Shown here: piece after piece, positions 19,560 through 29,953 of the stretch | How the letters are laid out: every line of letters starts with the position of its first letter | Position numbering within the stretch: the stretch's first letter is position 1 | IMG/VR virus record: IMGVR_UViG_3300032046_000001 | Span: 124,001 to 188,000 of that record | Length of the DNA: 64,000 nucleotides | Strand: one strand, 5' to 3' | Notes under the pieces: model-generated | What the model was told of the DNA's origin: nothing | What the model saw: the letters and a program-made list of their open reading frames with translations, nothing else | Database searches by the model: none | Made by a program: the position numbers and the translations under genes

Positions 19560-19929
19560 TGTTATTTACCTCCGGTTTGTCATCATCTTTGATAAGATTT
19601 TCGATATAGTCATCGAGTAATTTCATTAAGTGTGATGGTAGTTGTTGAACTTTTTGATTATTAACAATCTTCGGAACAATATAAATAACAGCCATCTGTT
19701 TACTAGTTGGTATCATGGCTGTGAAAATTGTTGAGAATGTTAATATTATAGCACAAACTATAGGAAAAAACTTATATCTGACGATGTAATGAACATTATC
19801 CCCAAGTATCGCAATTACCCATACTACAAATGAAATAGCCAGACAAAAAATTGAGAATGTGACTGCTCCCTTACAACAATATTTAACATTATCTAATATT
19901 GTGATTAAGTATACATCAAATGCTGTCAT
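19534..19929 (-). CDS. Membrane protein (2 TM)
   Basis: Two hydrophobic segments and IPTSKQMAVIYIVPKI. Confidence 0.7.
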   Translation of the reverse strand: MTAFDVYLITILDNVKYCCKGAVTFSIFCLAISFVVWVIAILGDNVHYIVRYKFFPIVCAIILTFSTIFTAMIPTSKQMAVIYIVPKIVNNQKVQQLPSHLMKLLDDYIENLIKDDDKPEVNNNGNTGEKQ

Positions 19930-20420
19930 TGATATTTTCTCGCTGTCTTTTTAATTTTTTTGTGAAGTTGAGTATGGTTGCGACTAATATTTTTTAGATC
20001 ATATCTCAAACGGATATTTTCCAGTTGTGTATGAAGATTGAGATGCATCAAGTGAAGAAGATGTTTAGTAGCCGACGCGATTTCGACATTAATTGAAATA
20101 CTTAATTGACACAATTGAAAAATCTTTTCAGCCAATTCTTTACTTCTGAACGTAACTCCACCTTTGGTGATAAGATCAGGAAGCGTGATTATAATATCAC
20201 CCTCGGATGCTTGATATGCAAGACCATATCCAGTTGCTTGACTGAAAGGAATATGATCGGCAATCTCCCGATTACGATTGTATTTAGATACACCAAGATG
20301 ATAACCATTGTTGGTTGGAACCATAATGACCATTCCAACTTCACTTTTGACACCATCGATAACTTTGTATACAACTTCCCGAACAATAGAATCAACACCC
20401 TGAAAACCATTCTTTAACAT
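19926..20420 (-). CDS. Hypothetical protein, paralogue of 20465..21079
   Basis: Shares G.V.V....G...GVSK.N...E...F...TGY..A...I.TLPDLIT with its neighbour. Confidence 0.7.
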   Translation of the reverse strand: MLKNGFQGVDSIVREVVYKVIDGVKSEVGMVIMVPTNNGYHLGVSKYNRNREIADHIPFSQATGYGLAYQASEGDIIITLPDLITKGGVTFRSKELAEKIFQLCQLSISINVEIASATKHLLHLMHLNLHTQLENIRLRYDLKNISRNHTQLHKKIKKTARKYQ

Positions 20421-20464
20421 AATTAAATTCCTCCATTAATTTAAAATTTAGCCAATCGTCTTTA

Positions 20465-21079
20465 CTACCAAAGCCGACCGAGTTTTGTCACTTTCCGATT
20501 TAAACGGTACGTGGCATGTGTAATAGTTCTCAATCTCGACTTCAAAAGTTCATTTTCATCCGAAATTATTTTAAATTCTTTATTGAGTTTCATAAGATCA
20601 TATCTTAAGGATCTCATAGTTTCATTAAATCTGACATTTACTGGTGGTTTACCATTTTCTCTTGAACAGATATCAATTAAATCACCGACGATATTATGAT
20701 CCCTAATTATTGTTTTAATAAACTCACCACTAATAGTTATTAAATCCGGTAAAGTGACAATGAATAAACATACAGATGTTTCAACAGCGATATTATAACC
20801 AGTTCGTAGGTTAAAAGTATTACCGTGTTCAGTTTCTTTTTTGTGATTGAACTTAGAAACACCAACACGAAGTTTACCGTTTTCTTGTTGGACAAGCACA
20901 ATACAACCAACTGGTAACACGTCAGGGATCATAACGACTTGATCTTTTTTAGTACCTGGGGATAGAGAATTACAGTGAGTGGTAACATTTGATTCTTTTT
21001 TAACTAAACAACTATCTTTAATCCGAGTAACCACATGAACAAAATGATCAAACTTTTCCGGTGGGTTGATATTCTTCAT
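20465..21079 (-). CDS. Hypothetical protein, paralogue of 19926..20420
   Basis: As above, plus a C-terminal coiled coil. Confidence 0.7.
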   Translation of the reverse strand: MKNINPPEKFDHFVHVVTRIKDSCLVKKESNVTTHCNSLSPGTKKDQVVMIPDVLPVGCIVLVQQENGKLRVGVSKFNHKKETEHGNTFNLRTGYNIAVETSVCLFIVTLPDLITISGEFIKTIIRDHNIVGDLIDICSRENGKPPVNVRFNETMRSLRYDLMKLNKEFKIISDENELLKSRLRTITHATYRLNRKVTKLGRLW

Positions 21080-21417
21080 AATTTTTTCCGTAACGAATCA
21101 ATGAAACATTCTGTACTGGCATCACAGACTATCTCTCCATTTTTACCTTCACCTTCTCTGATGACTTTACCATTCTCCAGTATTTGCACAGAAACTTTAT
21201 CATCTTTTGATTGCCATTTGATACTAAACTTGGAACCAACTCGTGGACTAAAGGTATTTGAATAATAACCATCAACTTCAATTTTTTCATCATATCCATC
21301 AGAAGTAATGGTTACTGTTGAAGATCCTGTAATATTGACTATGGTATCAACCGTTCGTTCAGGGGTACTACATGAACATAAAACAAACAACATAATAAAT
21401 ATCAAAATTTTTTTCAT
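21076..21417 (-). CDS. Putative lipoprotein
   Basis: MKKILIFIMLFVLCSC signal peptide with lipobox; SD GGAGG. Confidence 0.7.
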   Translation of the reverse strand: MKKILIFIMLFVLCSCSTPERTVDTIVNITGSSTVTITSDGYDEKIEVDGYYSNTFSPRVGSKFSIKWQSKDDKVSVQILENGKVIREGEGKNGEIVCDASTECFIDSLRKKL

Positions 21418-21590
21418 AAATTTTCCTCCAGATTATGTGTAAAATCGACCATTTTTTCTGATATAATATAAATTACTCTTGGTATAATTATCAATATAGC
21501 ATAAAATAAATCAAGAAAAATAACAATCAACATTGTTATTATAATAACAAGTTTTAAAAACCACTTCATTTTAGATGTCTTCCTTTCTCT

Positions 21591-21600
21591 GGGAACAAAA
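21591..21600 (+). promoter_or_regulatory. GGGAACAAA motif
   Basis: Upstream of 21638 at a minus-to-plus switch. Confidence 0.55.
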
Positions 21601-21637
21601 ATTAAAGATAATTATTTTTAATTTGATAGGAGAATCT

Positions 21638-22267
21638 ATGAACAATTTTTATGATGAAGATGGAAAAGTTATTTGTCAAGTGTGTCAAAAATCATTTCAC
21701 TTTATTACACCTCGGCATTTAAATTTACATAATATAACATCTGATGAATATCAAGAGAAATATAATGCACCATTATTTAGAAAAGATTTTTATACTGAAG
21801 GTAAGAAAAGAGGAAGACCCTCTACTATAGAAAAACAGCCCGTGGAAATCATACTAAATAAACCTTTAATTGAAGAACTTGTTGAGTTTAAAGAAAACGA
21901 TGAGATAAAAGATCTATCAACAAATAAAGTTCAAAAAGTCAAGAATCATTTAGATCCTATGGAAGATAAGAATGATATTATTGATTTTTTAAAGACAATG
22001 TATAAGGGTATTGAAACTAATACTTTTATTACTAAATATGATAAGAACGGTTGTATTATTTATTCTTATATGACCGATATAATTGATAGAAAATCAAAAA
22101 CAATCTTTGATTTTCCAAATTCTTTTTGGCACAATGTTCAAACTGGTATTTCTAATCATGTTAAAAAAAGAATGCTTGAAAGTGATGGTTGGAAGTTTAT
22201 TGAAGTAACCGCGACTATGCCTCGTCTACATCATATCCGAGAAAAAATATCAAGTCTAAATTCATAG
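21638..22267 (+). CDS. Zinc-finger (Ros/MucR-like) protein with C-terminal domain
   Basis: KVICQVCQKSFHFITPRHLNLHNITSDEYQEKY; ATG 21638 follows AGGAG. Confidence 0.6.
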   Translation: MNNFYDEDGKVICQVCQKSFHFITPRHLNLHNITSDEYQEKYNAPLFRKDFYTEGKKRGRPSTIEKQPVEIILNKPLIEELVEFKENDEIKDLSTNKVQKVKNHLDPMEDKNDIIDFLKTMYKGIETNTFITKYDKNGCIIYSYMTDIIDRKSKTIFDFPNSFWHNVQTGISNHVKKRMLESDGWKFIEVTATMPRLHHIREKISSLNS

Positions 22268-22290
22268 AGGGAACAATTACCCTCTATGAA
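22261..22290. terminator. 11-bp hairpin between convergent genes
   Basis: TTCATAGAGGG-AACAATTA-CCCTCTATGAA. Confidence 0.7.
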
Positions 22291-22310
22291 TTTAGAAACC
22301 TGAACATAAA

Positions 22311-23018
22311 CTATTCTGGTTTGAAATACCGTGATGTAATCCAATCCAGATGGTCGATAAACTGATTGATAGTCAGCACACCTTCGGTACAATTCTTAAA
22401 CCATTCATCCGTTGTGGTTTTTAGTAATTCATTGAAATCAAATAAACTACAATCGATACCGGCCATCGAACACAAGCTGATCAGATAGTACTTATCCACA
22501 TTGAACAATGAGACATTCGATTTAACACGCAGGACGATGCTCTTTATTTCTTTCATGGCTTGTTCTTTGATAAACATATCCACATCACCGGCCAGTTGAA
22601 AATCAGGAATGAAATTGGTATATTGACAGTAATCATTCCAATTTTCAAATTTTTTGGTAAACGAAGTTTCACTGAGAATATCCAGAATATCCATACGAGT
22701 CTTCTTCGTTTTGTTTTCCGATTTTTCGAGTTCTGTAATGAGAGATAGGAACTTGGTTCGGATATCTGGCTGGAGGAGACCCCAGTTGGCAAATAGTTTT
22801 AACATGGAGAGTATTGAGATATGATTCATTGAATCAACAATGCCGGAGATTGTTTGGTTGTGTGCTGGTGAAAAGGTAATCGAAATGGCAGGAAGAGCTG
22901 TCAGTGCCTGACAAGAAAATAACTTTATGAAATAGATTTTTATCTGATTATAGGTTTCATCATACTTAACAATCTCACCAGTGAGTTCTTCAAGTAAAAT
23001 AAAAAGTTCTCGTAACAT
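22311..23018 (-). CDS. Hypothetical protein
   Basis: ATG 23018 follows AAAGGAG; the track ORF extends to 23060. Confidence 0.7.
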   Translation of the reverse strand: MLRELFILLEELTGEIVKYDETYNQIKIYFIKLFSCQALTALPAISITFSPAHNQTISGIVDSMNHISILSMLKLFANWGLLQPDIRTKFLSLITELEKSENKTKKTRMDILDILSETSFTKKFENWNDYCQYTNFIPDFQLAGDVDMFIKEQAMKEIKSIVLRVKSNVSLFNVDKYYLISLCSMAGIDCSLFDFNELLKTTTDEWFKNCTEGVLTINQFIDHLDWITSRYFKPE

Positions 23019-23074
23019 TGGTGCTCCTTTCTTATGAGGGTTAATAAAAAATTTAAACATTGTTTAATATCATA

Positions 23075-23088
23075 TATTAATATATATA
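23075..23088 (-). promoter_or_regulatory. TATATATATTAATA motif (minus strand), putative early promoter
   Basis: One of four exact intergenic 14-mers, each upstream of a minus-strand start. Confidence 0.5.
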
Positions 23089-23136
23089 GTTCATCGTTTC
23101 AAAAAAGGAATTAAAAAAAATTATAGGAAATCTAAA

Positions 23137-23934
23137 ATGATAGATAATTATTATATTTATATTTACTTAGATCCCAGAAAATCTGGACAATACTGTTATA
23201 AAGATTTTTGTTTTTTATCAGAACCGATGTATATTGGAAAAGGTAAGGGAAAAAGATATAAAGAAGTTGGTAGTAAGAAAAGAAGTCAACTATTTATTAA
23301 TAAAATAAATAAAATTAAACAATCTGGTTTAGAACCAATTGTTTTTAAATTATATGAAAATTTAAATGAGAATCAGTCATTTGAATTAGAAAAAAATTTA
23401 ATAAAAGAAATCGGAAGAATTGATTTAAACTTTGGTTCACTTCTTAATATGACAGATGGTGGAGAAGGTATAAGTGGATTTACATTCTCTAAATTTTCAA
23501 AAATAAAAATGTCAAATTCACAAAAAGGAAAATTTAAATCAGAAGAATCTGTAAATAAGAAAAAAATAAATTATCAAGAAATTAAAAATGAATTTAAAAA
23601 AAGAGGATATCAATTATTAATGGAAAAAAGTGAATATAAAAACTCTTTTACTAAATTAAATTATATTTGTCCAGAAGGTCACAAAGATTCTATGAATTGG
23701 AGTAATTTTAAACAAGGTCGAGATTGTCCAATTTGTTATAGTGAATTGTGTTCTGAAAATATAGGAGAAAAATCCCATAACCATAAACTAACAGAAGAAC
23801 AGGTTATTCAAATAAAATTATTATTAAAAGAAGGAAAATTAACTCAACAAGAAATAGCTGATATGTTTGGTGTTAATAGAACAACAATTTCAGCTATAAA
23901 AACAGAAAAAATATGGACAAATATTAAAATATAG
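23137..23934 (+). mobile_element. GIY-YIG homing endonuclease with zinc-ribbon and C-terminal HTH
   Basis: YYIYIYLDPRK...PMYIGKGKGKR, NMTDGGEG, CPEGH...CPIC, KLTEEQVIQIKLLL. Confidence 0.85.
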
Positions 23935-23941
23935 GAGAAAG

Positions 23942-25660
23942 TTGATGGCAAATATTTTTCCTCAACAAAGTCGCGCCATAGATCCTTATGCTAATTATGA
24001 TTCTAATGTGGTTAGTAGACTTACAAGAATGATAACCAGAAATATTGATAGTCTTCATTCTCCACATGCATGTGATGTAGAAATTGATAGTACATCACCT
24101 TTAACTTATATTATTGTAACTACTGGAACTCTATTCAAAGATGATGTTATAATAAGTGTTGATTCAGATTTTAGAGTTGACATGACAGACCAAGATTTTT
24201 ATACAGGAATTGCATGGAATGAGGAAGGATACTACTGGATTGTAGCACACTATAATTATGTTAAATCAAAACCTGCTCCACAAATGTCTATTCGGATATT
24301 TAAACCCAGTCAACATAATCTTTTAACAGAAAGTTATTTATTTTTAAAAGCTGTGAAAGTTAAACATAATTCTGTCACTGGTAAACAGGAAATAGAATCA
24401 CTTCATGATTATGATCCACTTGAACCAATAATTGGCAAAAGAACTTATACTCAAATATATCCTGGATTAGAGAATTCTGTTCCTTCAACATTCAATCTAA
24501 ATACAGATGAAGGTAGATTTATTTATGTTCGAAATAGAGCTGGTTTATATTTTGGTGTAGATGATTCATTCGAACCTGTTGATTCAGTACGTGATATAAT
24601 TGATACTACCAACTGTGAATTAGGTGATGTTTGTTATGTTGGAGATGATGGTAAGGCGTATCCTGCTATTGCCGATTCAACAGCAACAATTGGAACTGGG
24701 GTAGTTCTTCATGTTGGTTTAGCTGCTGATGGTACGGGTAGAGTTAAATTAGCTGGTCGTGTTGACCACGTTCCTGTTGAAACAGGATATCATATTCATG
24801 TAGGTGATTTAGTATATTTGTCAGGAAATGATCCTGGTACCGTTATAGATGGGGCACCGAATATTCCAAATCAAGTACAATTAATTGGTAGATCGTTAAC
24901 CGATTCAGCTACTGAAATTTCACTCTGGTTAATGCCTTCATTATTTAATGATGCAATATTAGGTCTACAGGGTGCATCTGGTGTGTCAGGTTTTTCTGGA
25001 TTTTCGGGTATTTCAGGTTATTCTGGACAAATTGGTCCATTAGGTTTTTCTGGATTATCGGGTTATTCTGGAGTTTCTGGATATAGTGGTGTTAGTGGAT
25101 ATAGTGGCGTTAGTGGATACAGTGGTATTAGTGGGTATAGTGGTGTTAGTGGACGATCTGGATATTCTGGTGTATCTGGATATTCAGGACAACGTGGTTT
25201 ATCGGGCTATGATTCACCTGTTTATTTCAGGGCATTTCAAGCTAACTTAACTTATTATTTAAATTCGGAAGATTCTGGAACAATATTATTTGGAAATGAA
25301 CAATATGATGTAACTGCTGGTGGTATTGGATGGAATGGTGTATCATATGCGCCATCAACATCAGGAATATATAATTTTCACTGTCAACTTGGAGGTAGTT
25401 ATCCATCAGGAGCAAGTGGTAATTTATATTTCGCCATGATTCATAATGGACAAACAATATCATCTCAGAATGTATTTTTAAATCAAACCAGTGGATATTT
25501 TTATGTACATATGTCAGCAGATGATTATATATATGGACCGTATGATTATGTTAAAATTACTTGGTTAAGTACTGGATTTGGAAGTAGCATAAAGATACTT
25601 AGTGGATCGGGTGCTACATATTTCTATGGACACAAGATTCCGTTTACAGGAGTATTATAA
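23942..25660 (+). CDS. Virion fibre-like protein with collagen-like G-X-S repeat and C1q-like C-terminus
   Basis: About 28 G-X-X triplets (approx. 24962-25210), then FRAF..ILFGNEQYDV..YAPSTSGIYNFHCQL. Confidence 0.65.
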   Translation: MMANIFPQQSRAIDPYANYDSNVVSRLTRMITRNIDSLHSPHACDVEIDSTSPLTYIIVTTGTLFKDDVIISVDSDFRVDMTDQDFYTGIAWNEEGYYWIVAHYNYVKSKPAPQMSIRIFKPSQHNLLTESYLFLKAVKVKHNSVTGKQEIESLHDYDPLEPIIGKRTYTQIYPGLENSVPSTFNLNTDEGRFIYVRNRAGLYFGVDDSFEPVDSVRDIIDTTNCELGDVCYVGDDGKAYPAIADSTATIGTGVVLHVGLAADGTGRVKLAGRVDHVPVETGYHIHVGDLVYLSGNDPGTVIDGAPNIPNQVQLIGRSLTDSATEISLWLMPSLFNDAILGLQGASGVSGFSGFSGISGYSGQIGPLGFSGLSGYSGVSGYSGVSGYSGVSGYSGISGYSGVSGRSGYSGVSGYSGQRGLSGYDSPVYFRAFQANLTYYLNSEDSGTILFGNEQYDVTAGGIGWNGVSYAPSTSGIYNFHCQLGGSYPSGASGNLYFAMIHNGQTISSQNVFLNQTSGYFYVHMSADDYIYGPYDYVKITWLSTGFGSSIKILSGSGATYFYGHKIPFTGVL

Positions 25661-27285
25661 TGGCTAATATATATCCGTCACAAAATAGGAGTATAGATCC
25701 TTTTAGTAATTATAACTCAAATATAGTTAGTAGACTAACTCAAATGATAACACGAGGGAATGATTGTCTTCATTCTCCTCATGCTCTTGATGTTATAATT
25801 GATTCAACATCACCCACAGACCATTTAGTTGTTACAGCAGGTGAATTATTTAAAGATGATATACTAATTAGAGTTGATACTGATTTTACTGTTGATATGA
25901 CAGAATCTGATTTCTATGTTTCTGGTACACCATTTAATGAAGCTGGTTATTACTGGATAGTTGCAAATTATGAATATGCAAAATCAATACCACCTCCCCA
26001 AATGAGTATTAAAATAATAAAACCAACAGATCATTCATTATTTGATTCTACAAAACATGTATTCTTGAAATCTGTGCGTGTTTTATTTAGCGGTTCATTT
26101 TATATTGATTCAGTTCATGATGTTGATCCATTAGAACCAACAATTGGTAAAAGAACTTATACTCAAATATATCCTGGATTAGAGAATTCTGTTCCTTCAA
26201 CATTTGATGTAAATAGTGATGAAGGTAGATTTGTCTATGTTAAAGATAAGGCCAGTTTATATTTTGGTACTCAAACAGAGTTTGAAGTAGTAGATTCAGT
26301 ACGTGATATAATCGACACGACCAATTGTACTATTGGTGATCTTTGTTATGTTGGTGCTGATGGTACTGTTTATCCAGCATTGGCTGATGATAGTACAACA
26401 TTAGCACAAGCTGTTGTTATTAGTGTTGGATTAGGATCAAATGGAACAGGAAAAATAAAAACATCTGGACGAGTTGATGGAGTTCGTCTTGAAACTGGTA
26501 TTGTGCCATCAATTGGTGATCTTCTTTATTTATCAGATACTGAAGCTGGAACAACAACCAATATTTCTCCTATAGCTCCAAATCAATCACAAGCAGTAGG
26601 TGTTTGTCTAAATATTGTTGGTACAACCGTATCGATATGGTTTAATGTACTGCATGTGGTAACTGGTACATCAGGATATAGTGGTTATTCTGGTATTTCA
26701 GGATATAGTGGTTATTCGGGAATTTCAGGATATAGTGGATATTCTGGTTATTCAGGAATATCGGGATATAGTGGTATTAGTGGATATTCTGGTTATTCAG
26801 GAATATCGGGATATAGTGGTATTAGTGGATATTCTGGTTATTCAGGAATATCGGGATATAGTGGTTCTGCTGGAACAATGTATGCATTTGGTGCAGATCC
26901 ATTAGATCCCACAATAATAAATGATGATAGTGATCATGTAATTATTTGGGATGAATCATATGATATCGGATCAATATTTAATTCATCTTCATTTATTGCT
27001 CCAACCGAAGGAGTATATCATTTTGATTGTATGATTAGATCTAGTGGTTATGCTAATCCAACTAGTGGTTTTTTTTCTCTTTATATAAATGACGTATCTG
27101 GATATAACGGTGTACTAGATGAAAGATATTTTACTGCTGGAATGTCAGCTATACATACCATGAATACATCAGCAGATTTTTATTTACTTTCTGGTGGTAC
27201 AGTACGCGCTACATTTCAAAATTATAGTGGAACTAGTTTTTTAATAGATACCTTGGGTTTATTTACTGGACATAAAGTAAATTAA
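25660..27285 (+). CDS. Paralogous fibre-like protein with collagen-like repeat and C1q-like C-terminus
   Basis: N-terminal ~330 aa aligns with 23942..25660; GYSGISGYS repeats 26665-26874; FIAPTEGVYHFDC. Confidence 0.65.
   Translation: MANIYPSQNRSIDPFSNYNSNIVSRLTQMITRGNDCLHSPHALDVIIDSTSPTDHLVVTAGELFKDDILIRVDTDFTVDMTESDFYVSGTPFNEAGYYWIVANYEYAKSIPPPQMSIKIIKPTDHSLFDSTKHVFLKSVRVLFSGSFYIDSVHDVDPLEPTIGKRTYTQIYPGLENSVPSTFDVNSDEGRFVYVKDKASLYFGTQTEFEVVDSVRDIIDTTNCTIGDLCYVGADGTVYPALADDSTTLAQAVVISVGLGSNGTGKIKTSGRVDGVRLETGIVPSIGDLLYLSDTEAGTTTNISPIAPNQSQAVGVCLNIVGTTVSIWFNVLHVVTGTSGYSGYSGISGYSGYSGISGYSGYSGYSGISGYSGISGYSGYSGISGYSGISGYSGYSGISGYSGSAGTMYAFGADPLDPTIINDDSDHVIIWDESYDIGSIFNSSSFIAPTEGVYHFDCMIRSSGYANPTSGFFSLYINDVSGYNGVLDERYFTAGMSAIHTMNTSADFYLLSGGTVRATFQNYSGTSFLIDTLGLFTGHKVN
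26737..26865 (+). repeat. 45-nt exact in-frame tandem repeat (about 2.9 copies)
   Basis: Units start 26737, 26782, 26827; each encodes GYSGYSGISGYSGIS. Confidence 0.9.
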
Positions 27286-27325
27286 TTTGTATTGAGTTTA
27301 TTTTTTTATATGAGTTAACATAATA

Positions 27326-27417
27326 TAAATAAGGGATAGAACTCATGATTCGAAAAGGATGACTTTCACATCTTTCCCTTATTTATTTTTTTGAAAGAAT
27401 AATCTTATGAAAGGAGG
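27326..27417 (+). ncRNA. Structured leader element, copy 3
   Basis: 11-bp P1 TAAATAAGGGA/TCCCTTATTTA, P2 GAA/TTC, GAAAA, P3 GATG/CATC; loop CTTTCA is complementary to TGAAAG at 27392-97 and 27408-13 (over the SD AGGAGG). Confidence 0.78.
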
Positions 27418-27425
27418 TTATAAAA

Positions 27426-27578
27426 ATGAAATGTGAAATTTGTGGAAGAGAGTTTGAGAATAAAAATAGGTTATCTATTCATTTATCAAGAACTCATAAA
27501 ATGACATCAAAAGAAGGTTATTGTCGTATCTGGGATTGTGGTAATTTAAAATTTAAAATTATAAATGAGGAAAAATAA
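27426..27578 (+). pseudogene. Internally deleted endonuclease remnant (50 aa, not in ORF track)
   Basis: MKCEICGREF...IHLSRTHK (C2H2 finger) joined directly to GYCRIWDCGNLKF, a C-terminal motif I recognise from phage endonuclease-like proteins. Confidence 0.6.
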
Positions 27579-29237
27579 ATGAGTGAAGAATTAAAAGAAG
27601 AACAAAAAGTAATCGATATTGAAATTGAAAAAGTTGTAGAAGTTAAGGAAGAACCTACCGAAATAACAGTTTATGAACCAGCAAAATTAAATGAACTTAA
27701 AAAACTTAATTTAGTAAAACCAGAAGATATCGAATTCATGTGTGAACACGCAGATAAGTTTCAAGAATGGTTCGCAAAACGTTCATTTTTTAGATCTGAA
27801 TTTGAAATGAGATATGGTGTTCTTTCTGAAAGCGAGCATCCAACACCAGACTCTAAGTACTGGCAAGCAATTGGAGAAGCATCTGTTCACATAGAAGAAT
27901 TTACAAATCTCGGTTTTCACTCTAAAAAATTATTAGCGGATATAGAACTAATCAAAATTCAAATTGAAGAAATGGAATATAAATTAGAATGTAATGATTT
28001 TATTAATGATTTTGAAAGAAGAAAAATAATAGTTAAACTAGATAAGAAAAATACTGAGTTACAAGAAAAACAATTTGGTTTGATTCAACAAAGAAAAACA
28101 GCCAAAGAAAGAATGAAAGAAATTAGAAATTGGGAAAAGATTATTGCCGAACTTGAACCACAAGTAAAACATGGTCTTGATGATTGGGAAGCTCATCATC
28201 CAGAACGTTATATGAAACGATATGGACAACGTTTATTACAAATGGATCTTTTAGATGCTGAAAATAAAGAACATGTCGTCAAGAATTTTATTTCATTTGC
28301 TCAGGCACCTGAAAACAAAGAGGTTGCAACACAGTATCTTCAGAATTATCAACAAAGAGCACTACAAAATAAACAACAAAATGTTTTACCACAGCCGAGT
28401 CAACAGGCATTACCAGAACCTGCAAATAAAGTTACAGAAGTTCAAAAACCAATTGAAACCAATCAAATCGATTATAAATCAAAAGATGAGATGATGGAAA
28501 AAGATCCAATAACTCAAAAATTTTTCAATCGAAAAGTTCGGAAGATATTGGTTGCAACACCACATCGAGTTGCTGAAGATAAGAATGTTACAAATTTTCA
28601 TAACATGCAAACTCCAGCGGCGTTCGACTGTAGTCTTGAAATGCCATATGGATTTAGTGTTCCAGATGCAAGAAATTTTATTGTTAATAAAGCCTTGAAA
28701 GAAGGTTATGATTATATTTTCTTTGTTGATGATGACGTTCTTATTCCTAAGAATGCTCTTGTTCAATTAATTGAACATAAGGCAGATATTGCTGGTGGTT
28801 TTTATTATCGTAAATATTTACCATTAGAATCTTGTGGAATGCATATGGATGAGGAAAGTGTGCCGATTCCAATTGAAAATTTTCAATTAAAGACTGATTT
28901 TCCAATTAATAGAAATGGAATAATTTATATCTCTAGTAATATTATTCACAACACATTAGTTCTTCCATCTGGATGTACATTAATTAAAACAAGTATTTTT
29001 AAAGAAATGGAATTTCCTTGGTATAGAACATGTACAGTTAATGATAGACCTGCTATAACTGAGGATACATATTTATGCCAAAAGATTAGAGATCTAGGCC
29101 ATGATATTATAACCGATCTTGGTATTCAATGTCTTCATATAGATAAAACAAATGGAATTTTTTATGGACATCCACAGATTGTTGATCTTGAAAATAATCA
29201 AGTTAGGATGGAATTTAGGAACTATTACGCAATATAA
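27579..29237 (+). CDS. Coiled-coil plus GT2-like glycosyltransferase domain
   Basis: C-terminal ILVATPH, DARNFIV, YIFFVDDDV, GCTLIK, EDTYLC, GIQCLHI. Confidence 0.7.
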   Translation: MSEELKEEQKVIDIEIEKVVEVKEEPTEITVYEPAKLNELKKLNLVKPEDIEFMCEHADKFQEWFAKRSFFRSEFEMRYGVLSESEHPTPDSKYWQAIGEASVHIEEFTNLGFHSKKLLADIELIKIQIEEMEYKLECNDFINDFERRKIIVKLDKKNTELQEKQFGLIQQRKTAKERMKEIRNWEKIIAELEPQVKHGLDDWEAHHPERYMKRYGQRLLQMDLLDAENKEHVVKNFISFAQAPENKEVATQYLQNYQQRALQNKQQNVLPQPSQQALPEPANKVTEVQKPIETNQIDYKSKDEMMEKDPITQKFFNRKVRKILVATPHRVAEDKNVTNFHNMQTPAAFDCSLEMPYGFSVPDARNFIVNKALKEGYDYIFFVDDDVLIPKNALVQLIEHKADIAGGFYYRKYLPLESCGMHMDEESVPIPIENFQLKTDFPINRNGIIYISSNIIHNTLVLPSGCTLIKTSIFKEMEFPWYRTCTVNDRPAITEDTYLCQKIRDLGHDIITDLGIQCLHIDKTNGIFYGHPQIVDLENNQVRMEFRNYYAI

Positions 29238-29251
29238 ATAGGAGATGTAAT

Positions 29252-29611
29252 ATGGCAACAGTATATGTAAAATTTCAATCTGATAATGATGTAGTGCAGT
29301 CAGATGACTGTACTACCCGATGGCCTAATGAAATAAGTTGTAATATTCCCATGTCAGGAATATATGAAGAAAAATATACTAATCTAATGATCATGACTGG
29401 TGATGAGGCTATTATAGACGAGTGGTTAGCTGATAATGTTGGAAAAGTTGTTGAGATGACTGAAGAGGAAGGTGATACTATTGGACAAACTATGGTTCCT
29501 GAAGGAACTACGAGTGTTCAAGAAACCATTGATGGTGAAATTATATTAGTTGCTGGTTTATTTACAATGGCCGGTGGACAAACTTGGACACCAGCAGAAG
29601 TGTCAGAATAA
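29252..29611 (+). CDS. Hypothetical protein
   Basis: 119 aa, SD AGGAG. Confidence 0.65.
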   Translation: MATVYVKFQSDNDVVQSDDCTTRWPNEISCNIPMSGIYEEKYTNLMIMTGDEAIIDEWLADNVGKVVEMTEEEGDTIGQTMVPEGTTSVQETIDGEIILVAGLFTMAGGQTWTPAEVSE

Positions 29612-29844
29612 TGATAGTTTCGACAGAATACTCAGGAAATATAAATAAAGTTGAAAAATATATTGAGAAATTAGGTATTGATCATACATCATATATTATT
29701 ATCGTAAAAGATGGTACATGGACACTCGATGTCTTTGGACAAACTAATGGTAGAAGAATTGAGGCATATGCCCCTAAGTGGTTATATTGGTGTCGAGATT
29801 TTGTAAATTCAAGAATTATATATCATTATTATAAAAAAAATTAA
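29611..29844 (+). CDS. Hypothetical protein
   Basis: TAATG coupling at 29609-13. Confidence 0.55.
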   Translation: MIVSTEYSGNINKVEKYIEKLGIDHTSYIIIVKDGTWTLDVFGQTNGRRIEAYAPKWLYWCRDFVNSRIIYHYYKKN

Positions 29845-29867
29845 ATTATAATTAAAATATTAAATCG

Positions 29868-29948
29868 AGAGAGAATAGGGTGCGCACCCGAAAAGATACC
29901 AACTCCAGTATTTTTCTCTCTTTATTTTTTTGGAAATTAACTAAGGAG
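29868..29948 (+). ncRNA. Structured leader element, copy 4
   Basis: P1 29868-75/29914-21, P2 GGGT/ACCC, GAAAA, P3 GATAC/GTATT; loop CTCCA is complementary to TGGA (29931-34) and the SD GGAG (29945-48). Confidence 0.7.
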
Positions 29949-29953
29949 AGTTA

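Noticed and set aside
26665-26874. Regular short repeats resembling a CRISPR array
   Set aside because: In-frame Gly-X-Ser coding repeats with no unique spacers; no cas genes seen.
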